Positions 39,060-51,091 of a DNA stretch of 64,000 bases are shown one piece after another (the first letter of the stretch is position 1; every line of letters begins with the position of its first letter). The DNA is from Okamejei kenojei (Eukaryota): contig CM069138.1 in NCBI GenBank assembly GCA_035221665.1, forward strand, positions 77,934,001-77,998,000. The letters run 5' to 3'. Under the pieces are notes generated by a model. The model searched no databases, was not told the DNA's origin, and saw nothing but the letters and a program-made list of their open reading frames with translations. A program made the position numbers and the translations under genes.

Positions 39060-39808
39060 TGGACCTGTCCCACTTAGATGATTTTTCAGCGGACTGCCGG
39101 CGACCTTCAAGGTGAAAAACCGGCAACTGGAACGGCGACTGTCAGAGTGGAACACACACAAACACATCGCTTCCTTCTCTAGCCCATTATGCAGGCGGGG
39201 GACAGGGCAAGCGGGGGGAGTGCTGTCTAAAAAATTCACAAGTTGCAAAGCCAAGGTAAAACAGACACACAGGAAGGTTGGAGATGTAAAAAGATGGCTA
39301 AAGTACAGCATACGGTAAATCCTTTCAAAGAGGGGGGGAGAAGAGAGGAGTAGGGGGAAGGAATGGATACAACTTTTAAGAAGCCAGAGATATACGGCTG
39401 TGAAGCTCGACAGACATTTAACACTACCGGTCGGTTATCTTTGGATCTGAAAACTACAGCTTACCTTTTATTTTCTCAATGAGCCAATGAAATTCACCGG
39501 TCAGCACCGGCTACAACCTACGAGAACCTCCAAGAACGTTCTACCTCCTGGCAACCCATTAGGACCTCCTGGCGACCCACCTACGGCTCGTGAATTCTCG
39601 CTTCTCCACATGCGGCTTCATTCTAGTCGCCGCTAATTTTTCAACATGTTGAAAAATTCACGGCGACCATAATGAGGCCGCAACTACTTCCCAGAATGCG
39701 GAAACTCCTCACGGCCAAGAAGGGACTCCCCGGCAACCACCCGCGAACATGTGGTGACCATGTAGCAACTGCATAGTCTCCTGCAATCTCCTAAGTGGGA
39801 CAGGCCCG
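39060..39808. mobile_element. PIF/Harbinger-type MITE (long subfamily)
   Basis: TIRs TGGACCTGTCCCACTTAG and CTAAGTGGGACAGGCCCG; left flank TTA; CpG-rich interior. Confidence 0.85.
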
Positions 39809-41896
39809 TTTTTGCCTCTCCCAAATGCAGGGTCTTCATTTCAATGCATTGCCTTGCTCTTGCACCATCCCACAAAGTTGGGAACATTGGCCTTAAATCT
39901 TTTGTTTCTATCCCTGCTTAACTGATCATTAGGTTAGAATTTCATCAAAATTAGTTACCTCAAATGTGAATCTTGCACTTTCATACATTGACATGATTAA
40001 TTTTGCTCAACCTTGACAATAGAGGGAAGCTTGAAATGATCTGTCATGTTTTCAATAGTTTCTGAGATGGCCTTCCACTTCTTGCGATGATACTCTGCAA
40101 ATGCTCTGTCCTTTTTCCTTCCATGGGTAGTTTCACTGCAGCTGTTCACTTGCTGCTTTTAATAACTAAACCATTTGTGCTGTAGGCTCTTCCCTTCAAA
40201 CAACATTGCCTGCCTGCTTAGGGATATTGGTGCCTTCAATGCTCACCTGATCACTGAGCTCAAGCCTGTGCAAGGTTAGGATCCTTTCAAATGACTGGTA
40301 TTTCTGGCTCAGTGATTTGACTTAATCCTGTAATACGGTTAACCATGCATGTTTGCAGCCTATAACTGGAAAAAGCAGCTGAAACCAACCATGCCTCTCC
40401 GCTACCCAGACATTCATCTCATCCATGAAAGGGAGTGGGGCAACTGTTCTAAGTCTGCACCCTGACTTATTGTAGATTCACTCATCTTGCTATCTCTGCA
40501 GACATAATTTTGTTTGTTCCCCCAATCACCATTAGGAACGACATTCTCCACCTGCCATTAGCGTCAAGAAACACACTTTGAAGAGTTTGCAATTGCCCAT
40601 TTCCTATGATGACCGTAATACAGCACCATCTTGAATAGGCATTCTGAGATCAGATATTGCTCAAGGCACCTATGAAAAGGTCTCTCGGTTTTCCACCCCC
40701 GTCACCTGCGGCCTGCTTATGTTTAGCGCATCTGACCTGCTGTTTCCTTACAAAACCCATTTGAAGTATACATATAACTTGGCATGAATAAAGATTACCC
40801 TGCCACTGTTGAACCCGTTTCATTCTTGCTCCTCAGGATGCAATCCTGACCAAAGGGCTCTCAGTTTCTGTCGACATCTGCTTGCTGATGGCCATCCTAC
40901 ATTGTCCAGGTGCCTTTCATAAACTCACTTCGTTTGAAATCTCTCAATAAAATCTGATTGAAATGACCCCCTCAAGGTTTGCAACACGTGCTCCTATGAT
41001 ATTTTAGCAACACTTTGTAGTATCAATATGTTGCTTTATACGAATAAAACAGACGTGTGAATTCATGTTTTATACATCACCAACACTCTTACCAACAACA
41101 TGTCATTCCTCTTGCTCAGTAATCATTGTACTCCTCTGTCCTTCATCCTCAGCAGGACCTCAGCAATGAAATCCACTTCAAGGAACACCCTTCCACTATT
41201 ACTGTGTCTTCCAAGCCAATTTTGTATCCAATTTAGCATGGATCTCATGTGACTTAATTTTCTGAACTAGCCTACCTTGACGAGATCTTGTCAAATGCTT
41301 TCCTGAAGTCCATGCAGACATCATCTACTGCCCTACACTCTTCAGTCATCTTCATAGGTTCCTCAAATATACAGAATCAAACCTCACAAGACCTCCCTGC
41401 ACAAAGCCGTACTTTGTTACTATTCCGACCCATTCCTTGCCCTTCCACGTGCAGACTGTAACTTTCCCGCCATTGACGTTCATTTCGCCAGCTTGTTGGT
41501 CCCTGGCTTGTCCTTAAGTCCTTATTTTTGTAAAAAGACACACCATTTGCCATTCCCCAGTCTTTTGGTACTTCACCCGTTATTATGAAAGACACAAAAG
41601 TCTCCGCTGAGGCCACAGCAATTTCTTCCCTTGCTTTCCACAACATCCGAGGCACACCTGGTCATGCCCTGGGGATTTCTCCACCTTTATGCTCTTCATG
41701 ACTGCTAACTTCTTCCCTGTCACAATATTGTTATGTTTCAGAACATCACTGTTCCCTCCCTGAACGCACTGGACTTCCGTGTTTTTCTCCATTAAATACA
41801 GATGAGAAATATTAATTTAAGAGCTCTCCCATCTCCCATGGTTACACAAATATACAATCACATTAATCCTTCAGGAGACCTACTTACTCCCCGTTA

Positions 41897-42247
41897 AGGG
41901 GCTATCCCACTTGGGCGACCTAATTGGCGAATTTGAAGAGTTTGAAAGAAATGACATGTTGAAGACCTCTTTCGACTATGTCGAAGACCAACTTCGACTA
42001 GCTACGACTAACTTCGGGAAAATTGGACACCGAATAGTGGAGAGTGAAGATGACCTCCTTCGATCTCCTTTCGACTATGATGAAAACTATCTACAACTAC
42101 CTTTGACTACCCTCGATTACCTACGACCAACATGACGACCTACTACAACTAAACCTACGTTAAAAAATAATTGATTTTTTCCATGGTGACCTTTTTTTGC
42201 TCGTGGCCAGGACTCGCGAATTACGTCGCGCAAGTGGAACAGCCCCT
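41897..42247. mobile_element. PIF/Harbinger-type MITE
   Basis: TIRs AGGGGCTATCCCACTTG and CAAGTGGAACAGCCCCT; perfect TTA TSD. Confidence 0.88.
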
Positions 42248-42334
42248 TTACACTTCTGCTCTTCATATAGTATATTTTAGGATTTTACTTTACCCATCTC
42301 CAGGGATATCTCATGTTCCACTTCTGTTCCCTTA

Positions 42335-42792
42335 AGGGGCTGTCTCACAGCAGTGACCTAATTGGCGAGTTTAGAAGAGTTTGCCCTCAACTCATGCTCA
42401 CAGCATGGTTGACATGAGGTCCTAGGAGATCTTTGTAACTCTCCTTCATGCTCGAGAGTAGTCCCCGCCTACTCGAGGCCTCAGCTAGGTTGCGGCGTAT
42501 TTTTCAACATGCTGAAAAATGCCCGCAAGTGAAAAAAGGTCGCCATGGAAAATATCGATTTTTTTTGTTTACTCGTAGGTTTAGTCGAAGTAGGTCGGCA
42601 TGTTATTCGTAGGTAATGGAGGGTAGTAGAAGGCAGTCCACTATTTGGTATCCAATTTTCCCGAAGCTAGTCAAACCTAGTCTTTGCCATAGTCGAAGGA
42701 GGTCTTCCACATAGTTGAAGGAGGTCTTCCACATGACACTTTTTCAAACTCTCTAAACTCACCAATTAGGTCGCCGCAGTGAGACAGCCCCT
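42335..42792. mobile_element. PIF/Harbinger-type MITE, inverted relative to 41897-42247
   Basis: Long TIRs AGGGGCTGTCTCAC...GACCTAATTGG; perfect TTA TSD. Confidence 0.9.
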
Positions 42793-43776
42793 TTAATTTT
42801 CTTCTCAAGTGTACTGCTGCATCCCTTATACTCCACAACGGATTCGCTTGATCACACTTACACCACCTTCTGCTCACTTTCATTCAAAAAAATATAAGTT
42901 TACAGAGACCAATATCCTGACTGAACTGCTCCTTTTCTTCACAGACAATTTCAAATCTACACATCCAGTCTTTCCATTCTGTGCCATGCAGGCGTCTCAA
43001 ATGCCAGTTTGATAACTGTACTTACATTTTCATACATATGCCCAGTATATTTCTTCACATTTAATAATTAATTACACCATTAGGTGTAATGTTACATTTT
43101 ATCTAGAAGCCGAGAAGTCTCAGGTCTTCAGTACTAAGACTCGAAGAAATCCAGCATTGCACACCAGCACTCATCTCCAGCACAGATATCAGACACAGGA
43201 TGTCCTCATATCCTGAGGTTGAGTTCTAATGAAGTCAATGCCACCTTTTTGTGTGCAGCTGAGTCCAACCGACTAATGATACATTTGCAGGTGTTTGAGA
43301 TTACAAAAAAAACCTGTGTTCTCCCTGCCACTTCCCCAGCCTGTACAGCAACCTGCTGCAGACATGCATGGAGCGGAATGTGATCGTTTGAAATGAAACA
43401 ATGCGTATTAAATTTGTGAAGACTTCAAATATTTCGCCATTTAGTTTCAAAATGTTTTTTACTAGTTCAAATGGTTTTTGGATACGAACCCTGGTTGTGT
43501 TCAGACTCCTAACAAATTGATTAGGAATTCCTGAATACTTTCACCTTTTCATAGCAAGTGTGTTGATTAACTTCAGAAATCTGTGAAAGCAGTAGAGAAA
43601 ACTCAATGGTAATGCTTCATAGTTAAATCACAATTCATAAAATGGTCTTTGTCTATTGTCAGTGGTTTCATTAAAATTTCCATGCCTGTCATTACTTTTC
43701 TGTTTAGCCACATCACGGACTGATTAGGTAGATTAATTTTGCTGCAAAGGTACACATGCAAGTATTATATATAGGA

Positions 43777-43984
43777 ATAAGAAGGAACTACAGATGCTAG
43801 TTTAAACCGAAGATAGACACAAAAAGCTGGAGTAACTCAGCGGGACCAGGCAGCATCTCAGGAGAGAAGGAATGGGTGACGTTTTGGGGCTAGTCTGAAG
43901 AAGGGTCTCGACAGGAAAAGCCACCCATTCCTTCACTCCAGAGATGCTGCCTGTCCTGCTGAGTTACTCGTGTTTTTCGTGTCT
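43777..43984. mobile_element. Inverted dimer of the Penelope-derived element
   Basis: Reverse arm then forward arm (TCTGAAGAAGGGTCTCGAC); TATAGGA at 43770-43776 and 43985-43991. Confidence 0.9.
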
Positions 43985-44229
43985 TATAGGATTTATGGGA
44001 GAGTGCACTATATCAGGTTTTGTGCGAACAGTAGCTTTCTAACCTCATAACCTTTAACCTAATCCAGAAGATGGCAGGAATTCAACATAACTTGTGCTCG
44101 GAGTACTGTGCTTTTTTGCATAAATTATGCTGATTATGGACAGGTTTTGCCAAAGAGTTGTGAGGTTGAGTGCAAACTCTACCCCCTTATATGAATAGGG
44201 CTGGAGGAGGAGAAAAATCAGAAGATGTC

Positions 44230-44432
44230 CGTAAGTGGGGTAACGACTTGGCAGGAGGTCAGTGCTTTGCGGCGGTGGTGGTGAGACTATGCCGATTATT
44301 GGTCAGAGGGTCAGAGTCAGAGCTTATGCTTTTCTTCTTTTCACTTTCAATGTCATGTTTTGGTGTACCTTGTTGTGGGTTGTGACCAATTTCCCTCTGG
44401 GGATGAATATAGTTTATCTTATCATATCGTAA
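44230..44432 (+). mobile_element. LINE-type 3' tail fragment (Rex/Babar-like)
   Basis: AATTTCCCTCTGGGGATGAATATAGTTTATCTTATCATATC. Confidence 0.5.
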
Positions 44433-44544
44433 TGTAACATCCTCTCATGTTAATACAAATTTTCAACTAATCCCTTTCAGTAAATTAACATGCCTATGGT
44501 TAGATGCCTGTAAAAAATGCAAATGAAATGACTTTCCATTTTGT

Positions 44545-44900
44545 GTGATTACTTTTACAATCCTTCCAGGATATCACAAAGGGCATGAAAGTCAATAAAG
44601 TGTTTGCAGGGTGTAGTCACTATTATAATGTAGGGGATATCCATATCACTTTATATACAGCAAGCTTTAACCAACAGTAAGGGAATCCTTCTTTTATTGT
44701 TAAGTGAAGTAGAAACATAGTCTAGAATAAGGATAACTTCCCTGCTCTTCTTTGAAACTGTTTTATATTCACCTGAGAAAACAAACAAGGTCTCATTCTA
44801 ACACCTCCTTTAAAAGATAGCATCACCAATAACACAATTGTTGGCTGTTGTCCAATCAATCTCAGATGTTACTTTGGGATTTGGACATAATTTGAATTTA
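44545..44900 (-). mobile_element. Ancient Deu-domain SINE (SacSINE1/AmnSINE1-like) relic
   Basis: GTGTAGTCACTATTATAATGTAGG, ACAGCAAG, AACTTCCCTGCTCTTCTTTGAAA and CACCTGAGA occur in the order of the recalled Deu consensus. Confidence 0.6.
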
Positions 44901-46424
44901 CAAACTGAAACCTATTTCTGGTTTATTATTAACATCTTGCAAAATCCTGTGGGTCTCATGACTACATGTTCCCACATTAGGGTGTGCCTTGATTTATTAA
45001 ATCAAATAGTCATCTAGGAATTGTATTGCAACACAGACTTTGCACATACAAGGCACAATTAAGACACTGAAAGTACTTCAGAGAAGATTAAATAATAAAA
45101 GAATAATGCTGGCCAGTTACAGACTAAATAATTCAGCATGATTTGATCCTGAAGAATGAAGGAATTAAAGCTGAATATACATTATTTATCTATTGCTCCA
45201 GATTGAAAGTCTTTAAAATTGTTCCATGGTCACCTTTGCAGCATTTTTAAGTATGTTCTCATTAATCTAATTGTCTATTTTTAGTTCATGTAAATCATGG
45301 CAAATTTTTCAAGTCTCATATCGCAAAAGCCCCAGCATGTAAACTGCGCCAAGATTTTAGATGTGGTTTTAATTTCTATCCAAGTAAGAATGAAAAAGTT
45401 TTTTTTAGATGCCTCCAACCACAAAGATAATCACACATCATATCAATAAAAATGGTGCTCAGCTAGGCGAACAATTAATGTCATTCCTTCCATTGTGACA
45501 TTTGTTGTAAAATAAAATTAATTGAAAACTTTTTTTACTAATATGCATACAAATCATTAAAAAATCTGCAATGAAATTTATCTTCCCGCTAATTCAAGGA
45601 TGACAGGTTCTTTACATTGATGTACAACTTCACTAAATTTAACTATACGAGACGAGAAGATGAAAGTGTTCAGTTGATTATCTAATTTGTTCAACATTTC
45701 CCATTTTATATCATTCCTGATATCGCTTTTCATAGTTTTATGTCAGTCGAGCCAACATTAGCAGCACCTTATTTCAAGTATTGCTTTGCTGAATATGCTA
45801 CTGTCAGCACAAATGTGGCATGACCTGCAGGGTTAAAGCTGCTGATAAAACCTTTTCACTGCAAAGAATTTGAATGGATCCTGATTCAATAATTTTTATC
45901 CTTCAATTGCATTTCAGTGTGAACTTGTGAAACTTTAACATCAATTAATTAACAAGTAATAGGACAGGCAGTAAAGCAGAAGAGGAAGTTATGTTTTGCA
46001 AACATTTTAATTCCCATTAAATATATTATCAATTTTTCAGATTGAGCCAATGGAAAGTGAGATTAAAATGTGTTATTGGCTACACCATGTAGGTTAGCAA
46101 AATTGTTTAAGATACAACGTTTATTCATGCTGGAATGTAAGCCTGTAAATGGTACAAGGAAAGATCCCTGTATGTGAAACAACTCAAGTGCAACTTGTAT
46201 TGGACCAAGATATGTATTTAAATGAGACAGGTGAGGTGTCCCCCAGCACTGCACAAGCAAAGCAGTTTTGAATTGCAGTCCGCTGCATCACCTGCAGATG
46301 TCTTTACTGAATTGATGGAGCTCATCAGAGGCTATATGGGAGAGATGCTTATCTGGATACATGTGGGTCAACCCAAAAATAATCAACACATTCTAATGGT
46401 GACACAAGGAAATTGTTTCTGGAA

Positions 46425-46790
46425 TCGTGTGTGAAACACAAAGTGCTGGAGTAACTCAGCGGGTCAGGCATGGGGGCTTGAACAAAACCTGGTAAGTGAT
46501 AGGTGGATAGTAATAGGTGATCAAATGCAGATATCCTAATGAACCCAGTAAAGGTTCCAGGAAGGTGTAGGAAGGAACGACAGAAGATAGACACAAAACA
46601 CTGAAGTAACTCAGTGGGTCAGGCAGCGTCCCTGGAGGACACGGATAGGCAACATTTTGGGCTGGGATTCCTCTTCAGATTGATTGTAGCGGGGGGGGGG
46701 CGTGAAAGCTGGAAATGACATGGGGGCTTGAACAAAGCCTGGTAAGTAATAGGTGGATATAGGTGACCTAATGCAGATATCCCAATGGAA
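46425..46790 (-). mobile_element. Two tandem partial Penelope terminal-repeat copies
   Basis: GTAACTCAG and CATGGGGGCTTGAACAAA.CCTGGTAAGT.ATAGGTGGATA each occur twice (about 46469 and 46719). Confidence 0.7.
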
Positions 46791-47123
46791 GCAGTCTGGG
46801 CCATGTCAAAAGTGATCCATAGTTTATATGATAGGATGAATGTTACGCAGGACCATAACATCATTATAATAGACTTGTTGTTTCATAAAGACCCAATATA
46901 CTTAAGAGTCTCATTTATAGCTCCCACGGCAATAAACACGAACTGGTGAATATATCTGTTTATATTGCGAATAAAAAATTAAATGGTACATAGATATTTC
47001 AATAACCAGGTTTAATATTAATATCAGGTTGCTAATAGAAGAGCAAATTTGTTCATATGTTCACCATAAAAATGCCATGCGGTTGTTTTACAAGTCCTCA
47101 CATTTAAAGCTGTAAAAACTGGG

Positions 47124-47441
47124 GTTTAGAGTTTAGTTTAGAGAATGAGCATGGAAACAGGCACTTCGGCCCACCGTGTCCGCACCGACCGGTGATCCCT
47201 GCATATTAACACTATCCTACACACACCAGGGACAATTTTTACATTTACCAAGCCAATTAACCTACATAACTGTGCGTCTTTGGAGTGTGTGTGGAAACCG
47301 ATCTCGGAGAAAACCCACGCAGGTCACGGGGAGAATGAACAAACTCTGTACAGACAGCACCTGTAGTCGGGATCGAACCCGGCTCTCCGGCGCTGCATTT
47401 GCTGTAAGGCAGCAACTCTACCCTGCGCCACTGTGCCTCCC
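47124..47441 (-). mobile_element. HE1-type SINE
   Basis: Minus-strand TGGCGCAGGG (A box), GGTTCGATCC (B box) and CR1-like tail. Confidence 0.9.
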
Positions 47442-47912
47442 TGCCACTGGGGTGTGCGCTCCAATTACTTCACCAAGGAGTGGGTCAGATAGGTTGGCTA
47501 TTTTAATTTTTAACATTTTGGTTTATTTGAATTTTTATTAATGCCTTAATTTCTTCTCGTATTGTCCCTTTTTTTTTATCCCCCACAACAATTTTTTTAT
47601 TCCTACAATCCAGCTCTTTTATTAATCCTTTCCTACTGACAATAGATTTTATGTCACCAATCAAGAATGCTTGGAGAAACCCTGCATTGTTTCATGGAAA
47701 AGATGAAAATCAGGAGTCAGAATACCGAAGGTGACATTTTGTCACCTCTGTGGTGTTCACTATTATTTCTGACCAGACCTTCCTTTGGTAATGCTGCTTC
47801 ATAGAAGAGATGCCAACTCCTGAAGACTGATCCACATGTGCCATGAACTTTTCCTTCCTTATCATGTAAAGTGCACGCCTTTATTTAACATGGACTCCGC
47901 AGATCTTTCACC

Positions 47913-47957
47913 GCTATACAAGGCAACATAGCAAGGCTATACAAGGCAACATAGCAA
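47913..47957. repeat. 23-bp tandem duplication
   Basis: GCTATACAAGGCAACATAGCAA(G) twice. Confidence 0.9.
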
Positions 47958-48299
47958 TAGTTCCGTCGATTATGCACCAGCAAACCTGCGACTGCCATAT
48001 ATCCTTCCCCAACAACTATCATTCATATATGCTTGCATTTCCAACCATGGGGCAGAACCATTAGCTAAGCATAACACAGACCATTAATCATATGGTATAT
48101 TTCACCAGGAGCATCACTGAATTATAAGTTTGAATCCTTGAGTAAATCCTCCTTTCCATTTTTGTCACTTTTAACATAAAAATCCATGGTCATGTAATTA
48201 GCAGAAAAAAAATATGGTTCTTATCAGAAAGCATGGAAATAAGTCCTTTAAACCAACTCGTCCATGCCACCCACAGTGCCCCACTACACGGTGTGTCTC

Positions 48300-48400
48300 C
48301 TTTACATCAGTGCAACCAAGTATAGACGAGGAGAACGTTTCTCCAAACACTTGCAATCTGTCTGACAAGACTCCCGGTTGCTAACCATTTTAACTCCTGT
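48300..48400 (+). mobile_element. Old Penelope GIY-YIG remnant
   Basis: Translates YISATKYRRGERFSKHL...PVANHFN (compare YIGETKRRLGDRFAEHL...PVAQHFN). Confidence 0.65.
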
Positions 48401-49245
48401 TTCCATTTATTTTTAAATGCATCGGGCCTAGTTATTGTCAAACAAATGCCTATACAAATACATACTCAGCTTTCTTCAATTGTCCCTCCATTAATGGGAT
48501 GGATCTTCTGCAGCCCAAACATTGCTGTTTTTCCTGTCCTTCCACCCATGTGTTATTTCCAGATTAGTCCTGGGCACAGTGTTCTGCTGGAGGCTGGCAA
48601 GCAGCAGGTTAGAGTGGCCGAGTGCAGTTACCCAGCACACATGAACAGGTGGTGTCACAAGATTTGACGTTTCTAATGTGTAAAAAACTACCAATTGTTT
48701 AAAACAATAAACAATGAAATGCCCACTCGCAAAAAATAATTAAATAGATTTAAAATACATTAAATGAAATAAAACGGTTTACTTGTCACTCTTCTGGCAG
48801 CTTTACCCAACCACCAATTTCAATGGGGTATCTGTATATGCAGTAGATTTTTCCTGAGCAGGCTCAGCAGGCTGGTTTCCCAGCCTGATAACTGAAAAGT
48901 CTGTGGATCTTTCTGCTGCCCAACCAAACTCTTGAAGGATTGCACCAGCTTTCCAAAGGGGCGGCCAATAGCAAAGGATGCAAAGAGAAAGACGAGCTCA
49001 ACCAAGACAAATTCGGGTCTTCAGAACCTCACAGAGGCAAGACCATCAGAAGCCTGGCAGAATAACTAAAAAACACCTAATTTTGCTATTTCACTTCACT
49101 TGGTCATTTGTTGCATGTATCCACAGATCTCATAAGCTCTCTCCTTCTGGCCATTTCTCAGACAAACATAGCACAATGCAACTACACATTACTTCCAGTT
49201 CTTCTGCACCACCATTACTGGCCCACAAGGCTGCATTTTCATTAT

Positions 49246-50327
49246 TATAGAAACATAGAAATTAGGTGCAGGTGTAGGCCATTCGGCCCTTCGAGCCTGC
49301 ACCGCCATTCAATATGATCATGGCTGATCATCCAACTCAGTATCCCGTACCTGCCTTCTCTCCATACCCTCTGATCCCCTTAGCCACAAGGGCCACATCT
49401 AACTCCCTCTTAAATATAGCCAACGAACTGGCCTCAACTACCCTCTGTGGCAGAGAGTTCCAGAGACTCACCACTCTCTGTGTGAAAAAAGTATTTCTCA
49501 TCTCGGTCTTAAAGGATTTCCCCCTTATCCTTAAGCTGTGACCCCATGTCCTGGACTTCCCCAACATCGGGAACAATCTTCCTGCATCTAGCCTGTCCAA
49601 CCCCTTAAGAATTTTGTAAGTTTCTATAAGATCCCCTCTCAATCTCCTATATTCTAGAGAGTATAAACCGAGTCTATCCAGTCTTTCTTCATAAGACAGT
49701 CCTGACATCCCAGGAATCAGTCTGGTGAACCTTTTCTGCACTCCCTCTATGGCAATAATGTCCTTCCTCAGATTTGGAGACCAAAACTGTACGCAATACT
49801 CCAGGTGTGGTCTCACCAAGACCCTGTACAACTGAAGTAGAACCTCCCTGCTCCTATAGTCAAATCCTTTTGCTATGAAAGCTAACATACCATTCGCTTT
49901 TTTCAATGCCTGCTGCACCTGCATGCCTACTTTCAATGACTGGTGTACCATGACACCCAGGTCTCGCTGCATCTTCCCTTTTCCTAATTGGCCACCATTT
50001 AAATAATAGTCTGCTTTCCTGTTTTTGCCACCAAAGTGGATAACCTCACATTTATCCACATTATACTGCATCTGCCAAACATTTGCCCACTCACCCAGCC
50101 TATCCAAGTCACCTTGCAGTCTCCTAGCATCCTCCTCACAGCTAACACTGCCCCCCAGCTTAGTGTCATCTGCAAACTTGGAGATATTGCCTTCAATTCC
50201 CTCATCCAGATCATTAATATATATTGTAAATAGCTGGGGTCCCAGCACTGAGCCCTGCGGTACCCCACTAGTCACTGCCTGCCATTGTGAAAAGGACCCG
50301 TTTACTCCTACTCTTTGCTTCCTGTTT
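49246..50327 (-). mobile_element. Young 5'-truncated CR1/HER1 LINE
   Basis: Uninterrupted 312-aa frame, intact 3' UTR and (TTCTATGT)n-type tail. Confidence 0.97.
49337..50275 (-). pseudogene. CR1 ORF2 C-terminal fragment (reverse transcriptase)
   Basis: [30 protein letters not shown] and WNSLP motifs; lacks the endonuclease and the N-terminal RT. Confidence 0.95.
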
Positions 50328-50939
50328 GTTGGAATGCAGATAATTTATATCAGCAGTTTAAAAAAAAGAACATCTGACGATGGAGTCTGATTTACAACTT
50401 CATGCTGTTTCCAATAAATTGGGTTCATCTGAGTATTACATTTGGTTTTGACTCCCAATGTGCAATGCTGCAGTGCATTGATTGTTATTTTAAAAGTAGA
50501 AAAAAAGTCGCATTGCAACAGCGCTACTATTGATGTTTATATTGGCCGAAATGTATATTTTCCGAAATGGCTCCATGGAGGGAAAATCCATAGAATAAGC
50601 TATTCCTGACTGCTTCAAGTAGTTAGTGAGGCAGAAACTTCTAGATATATGGGGTCAGGTCAATTAAAAAGAACAAATGCAGATCAATTCAATCAGCTCC
50701 AGCTAAACAATCCTTGATCCAAGCAATCTATTCCAGTGGACCAAATCACATTTCATCAGTGGACTAAATCATATTGCAGTTATTTCCTTTGTGTGGAGTT
50801 TCTAATAAAACAATGGGACAATTAAATATAAATAGCAATAAACATACATTTAAAAAAAAAATATCTGTGATAATTATAATTTTTGCTGTTATGACTAACT
50901 GGAAATCTAAAATTAAAACAAAACACTGATTCGGAATAG

Positions 50940-51091
50940 ACGCAAAATGCTGGAGTAACTCAGCTGGACAGGCAGCATCTCTGGAAAGGAATAGGTGACA
51001 TTTCGGTTCGAGACCCTTCTTCAGACGGGGTACTCCAGCATTTTGTGTCTATCTTCGGTTTAAACCAGCATCTGCAGTTCCTTCCCACACA
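50940..51091. mobile_element. Inverted, partly deleted dimer of the Penelope-derived element
   Basis: Reverse arm up to CCCTTCTTCAGAC, then a forward tail; flanked by GATTCGGAATAG (50928-50939) and GATTAGGAATAG (51092-51103). Confidence 0.9.

Larger units (their letters stand above)
41190..43000 (-). mobile_element. Ancient CR1 RT region carrying two MITE insertions
   Basis: KSIKVEKSPGHD, LWKAREEIA...TGEVPKDWGMAN and GACTTCAGGAAAGCATTTGACAAG (DFRKAFDK) on the minus strand. Confidence 0.8.

Noticed and set aside
40040-40960. Possible decayed coding sequence or transposase
   Set aside because: No sustained frame or recognisable motif on either strand; cannot be supported without a homology search.
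41911-42135. Acidic 74-aa ORF with repeated FDY motifs
   Set aside because: Arises from short internal repeats (TTCGACTA) of a non-coding MITE.
48955-48970. Adjacent GC box and CCAAT box (GGGGCGGCCAAT) as a promoter
   Set aside because: No CpG island and no recognisable downstream exon; plausible by chance.
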